Assembly: GCA_016874655.1 (NCBI GenBank)
Contig: VGTO01000002.1
Span: forward strand, 1 to 55,329
From: Bacillota bacterium
GTDB taxonomy: Bacteria > Bacillota > Dethiobacteria > DTU022
DNA length: 55,329 bases
Direction: 5' to 3'
Both the position numbers and the translations under genes were made by a program. The notes under the pieces were generated by a model. It was not told the DNA's origin. It was given only the letters and a program-made list of their open reading frames with translations, and ran no database searches. Shown here piece by piece: positions 54,604 through 55,329 of the stretch. The first letter of the stretch is position 1. Every line of letters starts with the position of its first letter.

Positions 54604-54632
54604 TTAGAACAGGGCTTAGTTGCCCTGTTCTA
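54604..54632 (-). terminator. Hairpin after rnfB (candidate terminator separating rnf from mrp)
   Basis: TAGAACAGGGC-N6-GCCCTGTTCTA, a perfect 11-bp stem 9 nt after the rnfB stop. The following tract is only moderately U-rich. Confidence 0.5.
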
Positions 54633-54640
54633 GTTATTGA

Positions 54641-55329
54641 TCACGCAGATTCAGCCACTTTGGCAGCAGCAGTTGCCATGGCATCTGCTGCAGAAGGGAT
54701 TGCGTCTCGCCGGTGAATTGTGCCCGGCTTGCATTTCGGCACACATTCACCACAGTCGTTACATTTTTCTAAATCAATTACTGCTAAATTATCAACCATC
54801 TCAATTGCTTCCTGAGGGCAGGCTTTAATACATGCTTTACAGGCTATGCAGCCAACCTCGCATGATGCGGCAACCGATTTGCCTCGCTCATGAGAGTTAC
54901 ATAAAACCAGGTGCCCTTCCTTGCTCTTGGACAACATCTGGATAATGGCACGGGGACAGGCTGAGGCACAGAGTCCACAACCGGTACACTGATCATAATC
55001 CACAACCGGCAACCCGTGCTCACCCATTTTAATCGCATCAAAAAGGCAGGCACGGACACAGTTGCCAAGACCCAGGCAACCGTAGGAGCAAGACTTGAAG
55101 CCCCCGACAAAGTCTGATGCCACCTGACAATCCTGAACACCATCGTAGATATAACGATCATAAGCCCTGTAGCAATCTCCAATACAAAAAACGGTAGCCA
55201 CTGGTTGGCGTGCATCCCCGGCTTCCTGGCCAAGCAGCTGCGCTATCGCCTGGGCAGTTTCAGTACCGCCCGGTATACAGCCGTTTGTTTTTGTTTCTCC
55301 GGCAGCTACGGCTTCGGCAAAATTTGAAC
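54641..55329 (-). CDS. rnfB: Rnf electron-transport complex subunit B (N-terminus beyond window end)
   Basis: The frame stays open upstream of the tracked GTG to the window edge and encodes SNFAEAVAAGETKTNGCIPGGTETAQAIAQLLG (the RnfB Fe-S/CPPGG-type region). Several 4Fe-4S motifs follow (CTGCGLCASACP, CIACKACIKACP, CNDCGECVPKC). Confidence 0.85.
   Translation of the reverse strand, partial: SNFAEAVAAGETKTNGCIPGGTETAQAIAQLLGQEAGDARQPVATVFCIGDCYRAYDRYIYDGVQDCQVASDFVGGFKSCSYGCLGLGNCVRACLFDAIKMGEHGLPVVDYDQCTGCGLCASACPRAIIQMLSKSKEGHLVLCNSHERGKSVAASCEVGCIACKACIKACPQEAIEMVDNLAVIDLEKCNDCGECVPKCKPGTIHRRDAIPSAADAMATAAAKVAESA

Noticed and set aside
1-55329. A search for CRISPR arrays, IS elements/transposases, integrases, phage genes, toxin-antitoxin pairs and known defence-system signatures.
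   Set aside because: None were seen. Apart from the 75-bp tandem repeat at 46806-46955 I noticed no long direct or inverted repeats, and all sizeable ORFs have housekeeping or transport identities.

Overview
A 55.3-kb, almost gene-saturated chromosomal segment that looks like an anaerobic Firmicutes/Clostridia-type bacterium. The taxonomic call is inference from gene content only: Rnf, an Mbh/Mrp-type antiporter, a T-box, sigma-54, comEA/comEC, nadD-yqeK-rsfS and rplU-rpmA-obg. I support about 58 CDSs, mostly on the minus strand. In coordinate order they are: comEC (open at the left edge), a sodium:solute symporter pair, an AT-rich secreted GLUG-repeat protein islet, an ECF transporter module, an RNase HI-phosphofructokinase fusion ORF, UPF0182, a nucleoside uptake/catabolism operon (BMP-type ABC, pdp, deoC), ahcY, comEA, asp23, a sigma-54 enhancer-binding protein with two textbook -24/-12 promoters driving an aminotransferase and an NhaC-type transporter, a radical-SAM/PDZ protein, leuS, a ThiF-like E1, rsfS, yqeK, an RRM RNA-binding protein, nadD, obg, rpmA, rplU, prsW, rng, a radical-SAM pair (TIGR03960/TIGR03936-like), radC, maf, a Gx transporter, apbE, a 10-gene Mbh/Mrp-type cation antiporter cluster with three NuoL/M/N-like subunits, and rnfB (open at the right edge). 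I found no CRISPR array, transposase, integrase or phage genes. The most unusual observation is a complete, canonical tRNA-Ala(GGC) gene inside the Leu (CUC) T-box leader of leuS. It sits between the Stem I/II region and the T-box antiterminator, where Stem III normally lies. Other items worth a second look: a NuoL/MrpD-like subunit with a C-terminal tail of tandem 25-residue repeats (two 75-bp copies nearly identical) ending in a TM helix; the RNase HI-PFK fusion; a shared TTGTCA-N4-TGACAA palindrome linking the sigma-54 activator gene to its target promoters; and two conserved CDSs whose conserved N-termini lie upstream of any ATG/GTG/TTG. All calls come from reading the sequence and from remembered family signatures. 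No searches were run.
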